Assembly: GCA_019636245.1 (NCBI GenBank)
Contig: JAHBXX010000006.1
Location: 8,496-72,495, forward strand
Source: Planctomycetota bacterium
GTDB lineage: Bacteria; Planctomycetota; UBA1135; UBA2386
Length of the DNA: 64,000 nucleotides
Direction of reading: 5' to 3'
Shown here: positions 1-11,009 of the stretch, piece after piece
How positions within the stretch are numbered: position 1 is the first letter of the stretch
How the letters are laid out: each line of letters begins with the position of its first letter
Program-made: the position numbers and the translations under genes
The notes under the pieces: model-generated
Told to the model about the DNA's origin: nothing
The model's input: the letters and a program-made list of their open reading frames with translations, nothing else
The model's database searches: none

Positions 1-1522
1 AGTCGACCTGGCCGAACGCCAGCGTGCCATCGGGCAGGTAGTAGGCGCCGACTCCGAACCCGCTGGCGAGGTGCAGCCAGGACGCGGCGAAGTCGGGGCC
101 TTGCACCGGCGGCGTGAGGTGCAGGTCGGGCGGCAGCGTGCCGAGCACGAGGCCGGTGGCGCCGCGCAGCAGCGTCGCGCCCGAGGTCGCGGGAACGACG
201 ACATCGGCCGCGCCCTGCAGCGCGACGCCCGCACGCGGCGCCGCGGCCACGCCCTGCCGCACGACGGTCTGGGCCCCCGAGGCGGGGTCGATGCGGCGCA
301 ATGCCAGCGAGGTCCCCTGCAGTTCGCTGACCAGCAGGAAGCCGCCGCCGTCGAGCGCCTGCACCGGATCGATCGTGCCGGACGGGAACGGCGCCGTGAC
401 GGCGCCGGTGCCGGTGAGGTTCGTCACCGTGCCGCCGGTGGGGGCGAGCCGGGCCTGGAACCAGTCCATCTGCCCGGGGTCGCCGATCGCGACCAGCAGC
501 CGGTCGCCCGCGAACCGGGGCAGGATGTGCGAGCCGATGTAGGGCTCGAACACCGCGTCCTCGGTCATCGCCAGCGGCGGCAGCAGGCCGCTCGTGTCGA
601 GCAGGTACAGCTCGTCGCGCACGCCGGACTCGATCAGGAACAGCCGCGAGCCGTCGTCGGCGAGCAGCATGGCCGGCTCGCCGGGGTCCTCCGGCAGGTA
701 GCCGGCCTCTTCGTACTTGCCCGGCGGCGGCGGCAGCAGGCTCGGGCCGCCGGTCGTGCGCAGAAGCCAGAGCCGCTGCTGCTGCTGCGGTCCGTGCAGG
801 AACACCAGCGTGGTGCCGTCGCGGGACAGCGCCATCTGGTCCTTCAGGATCGCGTTCGGCGCCGGCGGCGGCGACACGTCGACCGGCGCGCCGCCGTCGG
901 CGACCGCGCAGCGCCACACCCGCGCCGGCGGCGAGGTCTGGAAGAACACGAACGCGGCCCCGACGAGCACCGAGGTGGCGACCACGCGCTCGGTCGTGGG
1001 CAGGGCGAGGCGGTCGGCGCGGCCGGTGCTGGCGAACACGCCGCCGTCGAGCCGCACCACGTGCAGGCCGCCGGCGGCAGGTGCGATCGCCGCATGGCCG
1101 CCGTCGGCGGCCACGCCGATGCGATCGAGGAACGGATCGCCGACGGATCCGGGGCCGGCGCCGGCCGCCTCGAGCACCACACGCGGCGTGCCGTCGGCGG
1201 CGACGTGCAGGAAGCCCCAGAACGCGCCGCCTCCGCGGCGGTAGCGGAACAATCGGGCGCCGCCGGGCAGCTCGGCGCGGGCGATGCCCTGCAGCACGAG
1301 CCGTCGGGTCCGGCCGGGATCGTGCTCCTGCGCCAGCGTGCGTCCGGTCAGCTCGAGGTCGAGCAGTTCGACGTCCTGCAGCAGCACGGTGTCGCCGGCG
1401 TTCGGCGCGTTCTCGGCCACCGCGACGATGGTCAGCGCCGTCGGCGCGCCCTCGGCGAACGCCAGCGTCTGCGCGGCGAGCGGCGCGGCCAGGGTCGCGG
1501 CCAACAGCAGGCGGTGCGGCAT
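1..1522 (-). CDS. secreted hypothetical protein (N-terminal part; ORF runs off the left edge)
   Basis: Absent from the ORF track because it has no stop inside the window. Manual minus-strand translation from ATG at 1522 gives MPHRLLLAATLAAPLAAQTLAFAEGAPT..., a signal-peptide-like N-terminus. The frame stays open with G/C-rich third positions to the window edge. The + ORF 71..1696 is its Arg-rich antisense shadow. Confidence 0.6.
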   Translation of the reverse strand, partial: MPHRLLLAATLAAPLAAQTLAFAEGAPTALTIVAVAENAPNAGDTVLLQDVELLDLELTGRTLAQEHDPGRTRRLVLQGIARAELPGGARLFRYRRGGGAFWGFLHVAADGTPRVVLEAAGAGPGSVGDPFLDRIGVAADGGHAAIAPAAGGLHVVRLDGGVFASTGRADRLALPTTERVVATSVLVGAAFVFFQTSPPARVWRCAVADGGAPVDVSPPPAPNAILKDQMALSRDGTTLVFLHGPQQQQRLWLLRTTGGPSLLPPPPGKYEEAGYLPEDPGEPAMLLADDGSRLFLIESGVRDELYLLDTSGLLPPLAMTEDAVFEPYIGSHILPRFAGDRLLVAIGDPGQMDWFQARLAPTGGTVTNLTGTGAVTAPFPSGTIDPVQALDGGGFLLVSELQGTSLALRRIDPASGAQTVVRQGVAAAPRAGVALQGAADVVVPATSGATLLRGATGLVLGTLPPDLHLTPPVQGPDFAASWLHLASGFGVGAYYLPDGTLAFGQVD

Positions 1523-1593
1523 GTTCGCCAGCAGGGTAGGGCAGGGGAGGCGCCGCGCACAGGCCCCGGCCGGGGGGCGGTCGGCGCCACCGC

Positions 1594-2181
1594 TCACGGC
1601 TGCACGACCTTGTGGTCGGGGTCGCTGAAGTACCAGCTGCCGGCCGGGTTGCCGACGATCGCCTGGCTCGTCACGGCGGCGTCCAGCAGGGTCTGATCGG
1701 GCGGCACGGTGACGGCGACGCGGAACCGGTCGGGCGCGTTGGTGAACCCCGACGCCAGCAGGTACGGGTTCGGGCCGAGCAGGTAGGTGCCGAACGGATC
1801 CAGCGGCAGGAAGCCGGTGTTGGCGGTGAAGTCGATCGCGATCAGGACGAACGAGCCGTTCGGCGCCGTCACCTCCCAGGTGCTGGTGTTGCCGAGCCGC
1901 AGGTTGCCCATGTCCATCAGCGCCGTGGTCGGTGCAGCCGCGTCGACGCGCAGCACCGGCGCCGCGGCGGTGCCGACGTTGACGACCTGCAGCACGGCCG
2001 GCTGGCCGCGCCAGGCGTTCAGGTTCAGCGCCGTGCTGACCAGCGGCAGCACGGTGCCGTCGAGCACGAACTGGTTGGTGGTGCCGGACACGTCCTCCAC
2101 CTTGCCGCGTACGGTGGCGGTCTGCGTGGCGGCGAAGGACGTGGTCAGGAGGCAGAGGATCGGGACGAGGGTCGTGTGCAT
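1594..2181 (-). CDS. small secreted hypothetical protein (195 aa) carrying the C-terminal module shared with three other secreted proteins in this window
   Basis: ATG at 2181 is preceded by GGAGA 7 nt upstream. The N-terminus MHTTLVPILCLLTTSFAATQTA looks like a signal peptide. The sequence is protein-like and non-repetitive. A sigma-54 promoter lies directly upstream. Confidence 0.75.
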   Translation of the reverse strand: MHTTLVPILCLLTTSFAATQTATVRGKVEDVSGTTNQFVLDGTVLPLVSTALNLNAWRGQPAVLQVVNVGTAAAPVLRVDAAAPTTALMDMGNLRLGNTSTWEVTAPNGSFVLIAIDFTANTGFLPLDPFGTYLLGPNPYLLASGFTNAPDRFRVAVTVPPDQTLLDAAVTSQAIVGNPAGSWYFSDPDHKVVQP

Positions 2182-2223
2182 CGGTGGTCTCCGTCGGAGC
2201 GGGGCTCGGGGAATGCGTGCCCG

Positions 2224-2240
2224 ATGCGAGGGTCGTGCCA
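2224..2240 (-). promoter_or_regulatory. sigma-54 (RpoN) -24/-12 promoter candidate
   Basis: Minus strand reads TGGCACG-ACCC-TCGCAT. Against the consensus TGGCACG-N4-TTGCW it has exact GG-N10-GC spacing and one mismatch in the -12 box. It sits in the 142-nt intergenic gap about 43 nt upstream of the ATG at 2181 and directly downstream of a sigma-54 activator gene. Confidence 0.6.
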
Positions 2241-2323
2241 GGCCGCCATCGGCCGCGAAACGTGCTGGGAGTGGACGCCGGGTGTGCGGAAGGCGCGCAC
2301 GCCGCCGGGCTTCGCCGCGACCG

Positions 2324-4825
<2,502 letters not shown>

Positions 4826-6076
4826 GTCGGCCGGCGATTGGCGCGCCGGCCGACGGCGCGTGGGGGAGGCGTGTGCGGCCGAGGCGTCCGCTGCGGGCCG
4901 CCGGCCAGGTCCAGCGGCTGCCGGATGTCAGTTCGCCCTGCTCGACCAGGGGCGAGCAGCTGGCGTGCGACGCCGGCGGTTGTGGCCCGCGCGGTCCGCC
5001 AGCCGCTGTGGCCCGGTCGGCGCTGGCGCCGTCGAGGCCCAGCGCCCCTTCGACGTGCGCCCGCAGCCGGGCGGGGTCGAGTGGTGGCAGGGCCACCGGC
5101 GTCGCGGCCTCGGTGCCGCGCCGCACCCGCACCGCGGCGGCGCGTTCGTCGATCGCCCGTACCCCCGGCAGCGTCGCCGCGAGGTGCAGCGCCACGGCGC
5201 GGCGATCGCCCGCCTCGGCGCCGGTGATCTCGACGTCGCCAGGGGCCGCCGCGGCGGCCGCCACCTCCGGGGCGTAGAGTTGCACGGGGTCGGGCGCCAG
5301 CGCCGCCGCCGACGGCCGGCCGCTGCCGCCGCCGAGGAACTCGAGCGCCGCCTGCGCGTCGGGGAAGCGGCGCTGCGGTCGCCGCGCCACGCAGCGGGCG
5401 ACGAAGCGATCGAACGGCGCCGGCAGGTCGTCGGGCGCGAGTTCGCCCGCGGCGAAGAAGTCCACGCCCGGGAACCGCGCCACGAACTGCGCCAGCGGCG
5501 GGCCGGCGCCCGGCCACAGCGCCTGCGCGGCCATCGCCCCGACCGCGAACAGGTCGGCGCGCGCATCGGGCACGCTGCCGAGCAGCAGCTCCGGCGCGGC
5601 GAAGAACGGCGTGCCGCCGCGACCGGCGGCGCCGCGCCGCGCGCCCAGGCCGAAGTCGAGCAGGTGCAGGCGGCCGTCCTGGCCGCGCAGCAGGTTCGCG
5701 GGCTTCAGGTCGAGGTGCAGCACCGACCGGAGGTGCACGAAGGCCAGCACCTCGAGCAGCTCCTGCAGCGTGCGGGTCAGCGCCGCCGGCTCGCCCGGCA
5801 GGCGGCGCAGCGGTTCGCCGGCGACGTGGTCGCGCAGCACGTAGGCGCGGCCGTCGGGCAGCCGGCCGACCGCGCGCACGGCGGGGATCGCCGGGTGCCG
5901 CACGGCCAGCAGCAGGGCGGCCTCGACCGGCTCGACGCCGGGCGGCAGCAGCTTCAGCACCAGGTTGCCGCGCGTGCGGCAGCGCACGTGCAGCGTCCGC
6001 CCCTCCCCGCCGCCGAGTTCGGCCAGGACCTCGAGCGGAGGACCGGGCAGCGGCGGCAGGTCCCCGGGCGCGTCGT

Positions 6077-7444
6077 TCAATCCTCGCGCACGCGCACCCA
6101 GGTGGCGTCGATCGTGTCGGGGCCGGTGACCGTGCCGCGCCACCAGATGCGGTCGGAGTCGGGCACGATGTCGCCGAGGGGGATCGTCGTCACGCCATTG
6201 CCCTGCCGGGCCCGGCGCTCGATGCGGGTGTCGTCGTCGACCGACAGCACCACCGACGGCACCGACACGCCGTCGATCACGATCGGGTCGTCGTTGCGCG
6301 GCACGACGGTGATCGTGCGGGCCACGGTGTCGACGGCGTCGACGCGGCCTTGCCACTCCGGCTGCATCGGCACGGCGCTGCCGGTCACCTCGACCTCGGT
6401 GGCGACGAACAGCGGCAGTTCGCCGGCCGGCGCGCTGCGCGAGGACCACTTCACCTTGACGAGGTGGCCGACCTGCAGGTCGGCGAAGGCGATCGGCGCC
6501 TGGTTGGGGCGCCGCAGGCGGGCGCCGTCGACGTCGACGCGGATCTGCGCCGGCAGCGGGTTCAGGCGCGGCCCGCCGCGCGGGTTCTGCGCCTGCACGT
6601 CCATCACGAACGTCAGCGTCGTGGGCTCCAGCGCGGCGATGCGGCCGATCAGGCGCGGGTTGTCGTTGCGGCCGCGGCGGTGGGCCTCGCGGGCGACGCA
6701 ACGGCCGTCGCGGCGCAGTTCGCCGCGCACGCGCACGCGGTCGTCGCCGATCTGGTCGAGGAAGCGGTTCGCATCGGTGACGAGGTTGTCGTCGCGGTCG
6801 CGGTAGGCGCAGTCGCCGGCGAACGACACGCGCAGCGGGGCGCGGTCGAGTTCGGCGGCGAGGCCGGTGAAGCCGGGGCGCTCGACGAACGCCACCTGCA
6901 GGTCGTCGAACGCGACCTCGGCGCCGTCGCCGCGCGCGCTCAGCTGCGGTCGCCAGGCCGCGGTCGAGCCGGCGGTCGGGGCCTGGCCGTTGTGGCCGAT
7001 CACGAGCCAGCTGGTGGCGAGTGAACTGTGCAGCAGGCGGTCGGGGATCGGCACGCGTACGTCGACGGTGCCGGTCGCGGGCAGCACGCTGCCATCGGCC
7101 AGCAGGGCGCTGCCGCTGCCGGGCACCAGCAGCAGGCGGATGGCGGCGTATTCACCGGACGGCGCCGAGCGCAGCACCAGGCCGTCGACCGCGCCGGCCG
7201 GGTCGGCCAGCGTGACCAGGTGCGGGTTGGCCAGCAGGTTGCCGGTGGTCGAGCCGTCCGGGTACTCGAGCGCGGCGGCTTCGACCTGGAACTGGATGGT
7301 GACGTCGCTGCCGGTCGCGGTGTCGACGACGACCAGCACGGCGCCGGTGGTGCCGGCCGCGGGGTCGGCGGAGCCGCCGGAACCGCCGCAGGCGGGGAAG
7401 GCGAGGATCGGCAGCAGGGGGAGCAGTCGCAGCAGGTGTCGCAT
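6077..7444 (-). CDS. lipoprotein, hypothetical (possibly DUF4382-like N-terminal half, repeated beta-rich C-terminal half)
   Basis: An internal ATG at 7444 gives MRHLLRLLPLLPILAFPACGGSGG, a signal peptide with a lipobox-like PAC|G. GGAGG lies upstream. The stop overlaps the kinase TTG start. The 72 residues upstream in the track ORF look non-coding. Confidence 0.7.
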   Translation of the reverse strand: MRHLLRLLPLLPILAFPACGGSGGSADPAAGTTGAVLVVVDTATGSDVTIQFQVEAAALEYPDGSTTGNLLANPHLVTLADPAGAVDGLVLRSAPSGEYAAIRLLLVPGSGSALLADGSVLPATGTVDVRVPIPDRLLHSSLATSWLVIGHNGQAPTAGSTAAWRPQLSARGDGAEVAFDDLQVAFVERPGFTGLAAELDRAPLRVSFAGDCAYRDRDDNLVTDANRFLDQIGDDRVRVRGELRRDGRCVAREAHRRGRNDNPRLIGRIAALEPTTLTFVMDVQAQNPRGGPRLNPLPAQIRVDVDGARLRRPNQAPIAFADLQVGHLVKVKWSSRSAPAGELPLFVATEVEVTGSAVPMQPEWQGRVDAVDTVARTITVVPRNDDPIVIDGVSVPSVVLSVDDDTRIERRARQGNGVTTIPLGDIVPDSDRIWWRGTVTGPDTIDATWVRVRED

Positions 7445-7650
7445 CGGGGGGGGCCTCCAGCATGGATTCGGGATGGTCGGGCGGACCAAACCGCGTGCCG
7501 GGGGGAATTGTAGGGGGGCGGTGTGCGGACGGCGTACGCAGCTGTGCGAAAGGTGGTCGGGTGCCGGGCCCGGGACGGGGCTGGGCCCAGGCTTGACCGG
7601 GGGGTGGTAGCCGCCGACGCTGCGCGCCCGTGCCGTCGGCGGTTCGGCCC

Positions 7651-7749
7651 GGGAGTGCATTAGAGCTGGTGTTCTACCTGGTCTTCAAAACCTGTGGGGG
7701 GTCGCCTCGCGCGGCTCCCGGTGGGTTCGATTCCCATGCACTCCCGCCA
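7651..7749 (+). tRNA. selC: tRNA-Sec (selenocysteine tRNA, anticodon UCA)
   Basis: 99 nt. The acceptor stem is 8 bp (GGGAGTGC / GCACTCCC). The D stem is 6 bp (TAGAGC / GTTCTA) with 4-nt loop TGGT. The anticodon loop CTTCAAA carries TCA at 7685-7687. The variable arm is a long ~9-bp stem. The T arm has loop TTCGATT, followed by discriminator G and an encoded CCA. The 8/5 acceptor/T geometry is the bacterial tRNA-Sec signature. Confidence 0.9.
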
Positions 7750-10700
7750 CCTTCCGCCGCAGCAGGAAGTACACCACCGGCACCAGCACCAGCGTGAACG
7801 CGCTCGACACCACGAGCCCGAAGATCAGCGCCCAGGCCAGTCCGCTGAAGATCGGGTCCAGCGTGATCGGGATCGAGGCCAGGACCGCCGAGCCGGCGGT
7901 CAGCACGATCGGCCGCAGCCGCACCGCGCCGCTGTCGAGGATCGCGTCGACCAGCGGCCGGCCGGCGCGTTCGGCGCCCTGCACGAACTCGACCAGGATG
8001 ATCGAGTTGCGCACCGCGATGCCGGCGAGCGCGATCATGCCGATCATCCCGGTGGCGGTGAAGAACACGGGGTCGGCGGTGCCGGCGACCGGCCGGTCGA
8101 GCAGCAGGTTCAGCAGCCAGAAGCCGGGCAGGATGCCGAGGATCGTGAACGGGATCGACAGCATCAGCACCAGCGGCAGCGCATAGCTCTTCGTCTCGTG
8201 CACCAGCAGCACGTAGATGCCCAGGCACGCGGCGAGGAAGGCGAGGCCGAGGTCGCGGAACGCGTCGAGCGTGATCTTCCACTCGCCCTCGCCGCGCCAA
8301 TCGACCGCGAACCCGGCCGGCAGCGCCCACGGATCGCCGCCGCCGTTCGCCAGCAGGCTGCGTGACCCGAGCGGCCGCGGCGCCGGCGCCGCCACGGTGC
8401 CCGGCGCCTGCCGGTCGGCGTCGACGTCGAGCACGATCTCGGCCGGCGGCCGCCCGGCGGCCTCGGCGAGCACGTAGGCCGTGCGCTCCAGGTCCTTGCG
8501 GTGGATCGTGCCCTGGCGCGGCACGACCTCGAACCGCCCCAGCTCGGCCAGGGCCACCAGCGCGCCGTCGGCCCCGGGCACGCGCAGCTCGCCGAGCGCC
8601 GACGCGTCGGCGCGCTGCCAGGGCGGCAGCCGGACCTCGACCGGCGGCGCCCGCAGTTCGCGCGGTTCGCGCAGGAATCCCGCCGCCGTGCCGCCGACCG
8701 CCGTCTGCAGCGTGCGCGCCGTCAGCGCCGCGTCGATGCCGTGCAGGGCCGCCTTCTCATGGTCGAGCTGGAAGCGCAGCTCGGGCGGGGCGGCCTCGGC
8801 GCTGGTGTCGACGTCGACCACGCCGGGCTCGCGCGCGAGCCGCGCCGCCAACGTGCGCGCGGCGGCGTCGAGCTCGGCCGGCGCGGCGTCGATCGGGCCG
8901 CGCAGCTCGGCGACCAGCGTCGCCAGCACCGGCGGGCCCGGCGGCAGTTCGACGACCTTCAGCGTCGCGCCGGCGGCGGCTGCGACCGGCAGCAGCAGTT
9001 CGCGCACCCGCAGCGCGATCGCGTGGCTCTGGTGCCGGCGGTCGTGCTTGGGCAGCAGCGACAGACGCAGCTCGCCGAGTTCCGGCGCCCGCCGCAGGTA
9101 GTACTTGCGCACCATGCCGTTGAAGTCGATCGGCGAACTGGCGCCGGCGTACGACGTGACGGAGGTGATCTCGGGCAGGCCACGCACGCGTTCGGCGAGG
9201 TCGAGCACCAGCGCCGCGGTGCGTTCGACGGTCGCGCCCTCGTCGAGGTCGACCAGCACCTGCAGTTCGGTCTTGTTGTCGAACGGCAGCATCTTCAGCG
9301 GCACCGCGCGCGAGGCGCCGAGCCAGAGTGCGCCGGCGAACAGCAGCCCGGTGGCGGCGAAGGCGCCGAGCCGCGCCGCTCGCGACTGCAGCAGCGGCCG
9401 CACCACGGCGCCGTAGGCGCGGCGCACCAGCGGGTGGGCCTCGGCGGCGTGCGGTTCGGCGGCCCCGCCGACCGTCGCGCCGCGCAGGAACAGGTGCGAC
9501 AGCCAAGGCGTCAGCGTGAACGCCACCACCATGCTCATCAGCATCGCCACGGGCACGTTCAGCGCCATCGGCCGCATGTACGGGCCCATCATGCCGGTGA
9601 TGAAGAACAACGGCAGGAAGCTGAGGATCACCGCCAGCGTCGCCGTGATCACCGGCGGGCGGACCTCGTCGACGGCGTCGAGCACGGCCTGCAGCGGCGG
9701 GCGGTCCCGGCGCTGGAGGTGGCGGTGGATGTTCTCGACGTCGACGATCGGGTCGTCGACGACGAGCCCCAGCGACAGGATCAGCGCGAACAGCGTGACG
9801 CGGTTGATGCTGTAGCCGAACAGGTGGTTGAGCAGCAGCGTCAGGCCGAACGTGATCGGCACCGCGAGCGCGACGACGACCGCCTCGCGCCAGCCGAGCA
9901 TCAGCGTGATCAGCACGACGACGATCGCGATCGCCACCCACAGGCCCTCGAGCAGCTCGTCGACCTTGCCGTCGGCGGTGGCGCCGGAATCGCGGGTGAT
10001 CGTCACCGCGACGTCGGCGGGCAGCACCTCGCGGCGCAGTTCGTCGAGTCGTTCGCGCAGGCGTTCGGCGACCGTGACCGCGTTGCTGCCCCGGCGCTTG
10101 GCGACCGCGATCGTCACCGCCGGCTCGGGCGGCGAGGCGAGCCCATGCTGCGCCGCGCCGTGGTGCAGGTGCACGTAGGCATGCGGCTCCTCGGGACCGT
10201 CGCGCACGGTCGCGACCTCCGCCAGCCGCACCGGCTGCCCCGCGAACGTGCCGACCACGAGGTCGCCGAGCGCGCGCGCGTCGGGGGCGATCGCCGCCGC
10301 CTCGACGGTGATCGTGCGGTCGTCGCGCACGCCGCTCCCCGCGGTCGCCGCCGTGGTCGCCGCCGCCAGCGTCTGCTCGATCGCCGCGAACGGCAGGCTG
10401 CGCCCCGCCAGGGCGGCGACGTCGACGTGCACCGACAGTTGCCGCGAACGGCCGCCGTGGATCGTCGCCGGTCCGGCGTCCTCGACCTGCTGCAGGCGTG
10501 CCAGCAGCTCCTCGCCGAGGCGCCGCAGCGCGAAGTCGTCGAGCGTGCGGCTGTGCAGCGTCGCGGTGAGGATCGGCACGTCGTCGATCGACACCTCGTC
10601 GACGCGCCAGGCTCGCACCTGCGGCGGCAGCTGGCCGGCGTGCTGCTGCAGGGTGCTGTGCAGCTTCACCAGGCTGTCCTCGCGGTCCTCGCCGACGAAG

Positions 10701-11005
10701 AAGCGCGCCGTCACCACCGCCTGGCCGCGGCGGCTGGCCGAGTAGACGTGCTCGACGCCGCTGATGCCGCGCACGATGCGCTCGATCGGGATCGTGACCT
10801 GCCGCTCGACCTCGAGCGCCGAGGCGCCGGGCGCGTCGACCACGACCTCGGCGACCGGCACGACGATCTGCGGATCCTCCTCGCGCGGCGTCGCCCACAG
10901 CGCCACGGCGCCGGCCGCCAGCGACAGCAGCAGCAGCAGCGGCGCGAGGTTGCCGGTGAGGAAGACCTCGACGATGCGGTAGATGGCGCCGTGGGGCTTG
11001 TGCAT
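7685..11005 (-). CDS. RND family efflux transporter permease (AcrB/CzcA-like, 12-TM, 1106 aa)
   Basis: Length, two large periplasmic loops and the typical N-terminus (IYRIVEVFLTGNLAPLLLLLSLAAG...PREEDPQIVVP) fit the family. It is 4 nt downstream of the adaptor gene. The last ~21 codons are antisense to selC. Confidence 0.9.
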   Translation of the reverse strand: MHKPHGAIYRIVEVFLTGNLAPLLLLLSLAAGAVALWATPREEDPQIVVPVAEVVVDAPGASALEVERQVTIPIERIVRGISGVEHVYSASRRGQAVVTARFFVGEDREDSLVKLHSTLQQHAGQLPPQVRAWRVDEVSIDDVPILTATLHSRTLDDFALRRLGEELLARLQQVEDAGPATIHGGRSRQLSVHVDVAALAGRSLPFAAIEQTLAAATTAATAGSGVRDDRTITVEAAAIAPDARALGDLVVGTFAGQPVRLAEVATVRDGPEEPHAYVHLHHGAAQHGLASPPEPAVTIAVAKRRGSNAVTVAERLRERLDELRREVLPADVAVTITRDSGATADGKVDELLEGLWVAIAIVVVLITLMLGWREAVVVALAVPITFGLTLLLNHLFGYSINRVTLFALILSLGLVVDDPIVDVENIHRHLQRRDRPPLQAVLDAVDEVRPPVITATLAVILSFLPLFFITGMMGPYMRPMALNVPVAMLMSMVVAFTLTPWLSHLFLRGATVGGAAEPHAAEAHPLVRRAYGAVVRPLLQSRAARLGAFAATGLLFAGALWLGASRAVPLKMLPFDNKTELQVLVDLDEGATVERTAALVLDLAERVRGLPEITSVTSYAGASSPIDFNGMVRKYYLRRAPELGELRLSLLPKHDRRHQSHAIALRVRELLLPVAAAAGATLKVVELPPGPPVLATLVAELRGPIDAAPAELDAAARTLAARLAREPGVVDVDTSAEAAPPELRFQLDHEKAALHGIDAALTARTLQTAVGGTAAGFLREPRELRAPPVEVRLPPWQRADASALGELRVPGADGALVALAELGRFEVVPRQGTIHRKDLERTAYVLAEAAGRPPAEIVLDVDADRQAPGTVAAPAPRPLGSRSLLANGGGDPWALPAGFAVDWRGEGEWKITLDAFRDLGLAFLAACLGIYVLLVHETKSYALPLVLMLSIPFTILGILPGFWLLNLLLDRPVAGTADPVFFTATGMIGMIALAGIAVRNSIILVEFVQGAERAGRPLVDAILDSGAVRLRPIVLTAGSAVLASIPITLDPIFSGLAWALIFGLVVSSAFTLVLVPVVYFLLRRKVAGVHGNRTHREPREATPHRF

Positions 11006-11009
11006 CGGC

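Noticed and set aside
7485-7500. Sigma-54-like sequence CGGCACGCGGTTTGGT upstream of the lipoprotein/kinase-activator operon (minus strand).
   Set aside because: The spacing is right, but the invariant C of the -12 GC dinucleotide is a G and the -24 box starts with C. It is too weak to call without data, though autoregulation remains possible.
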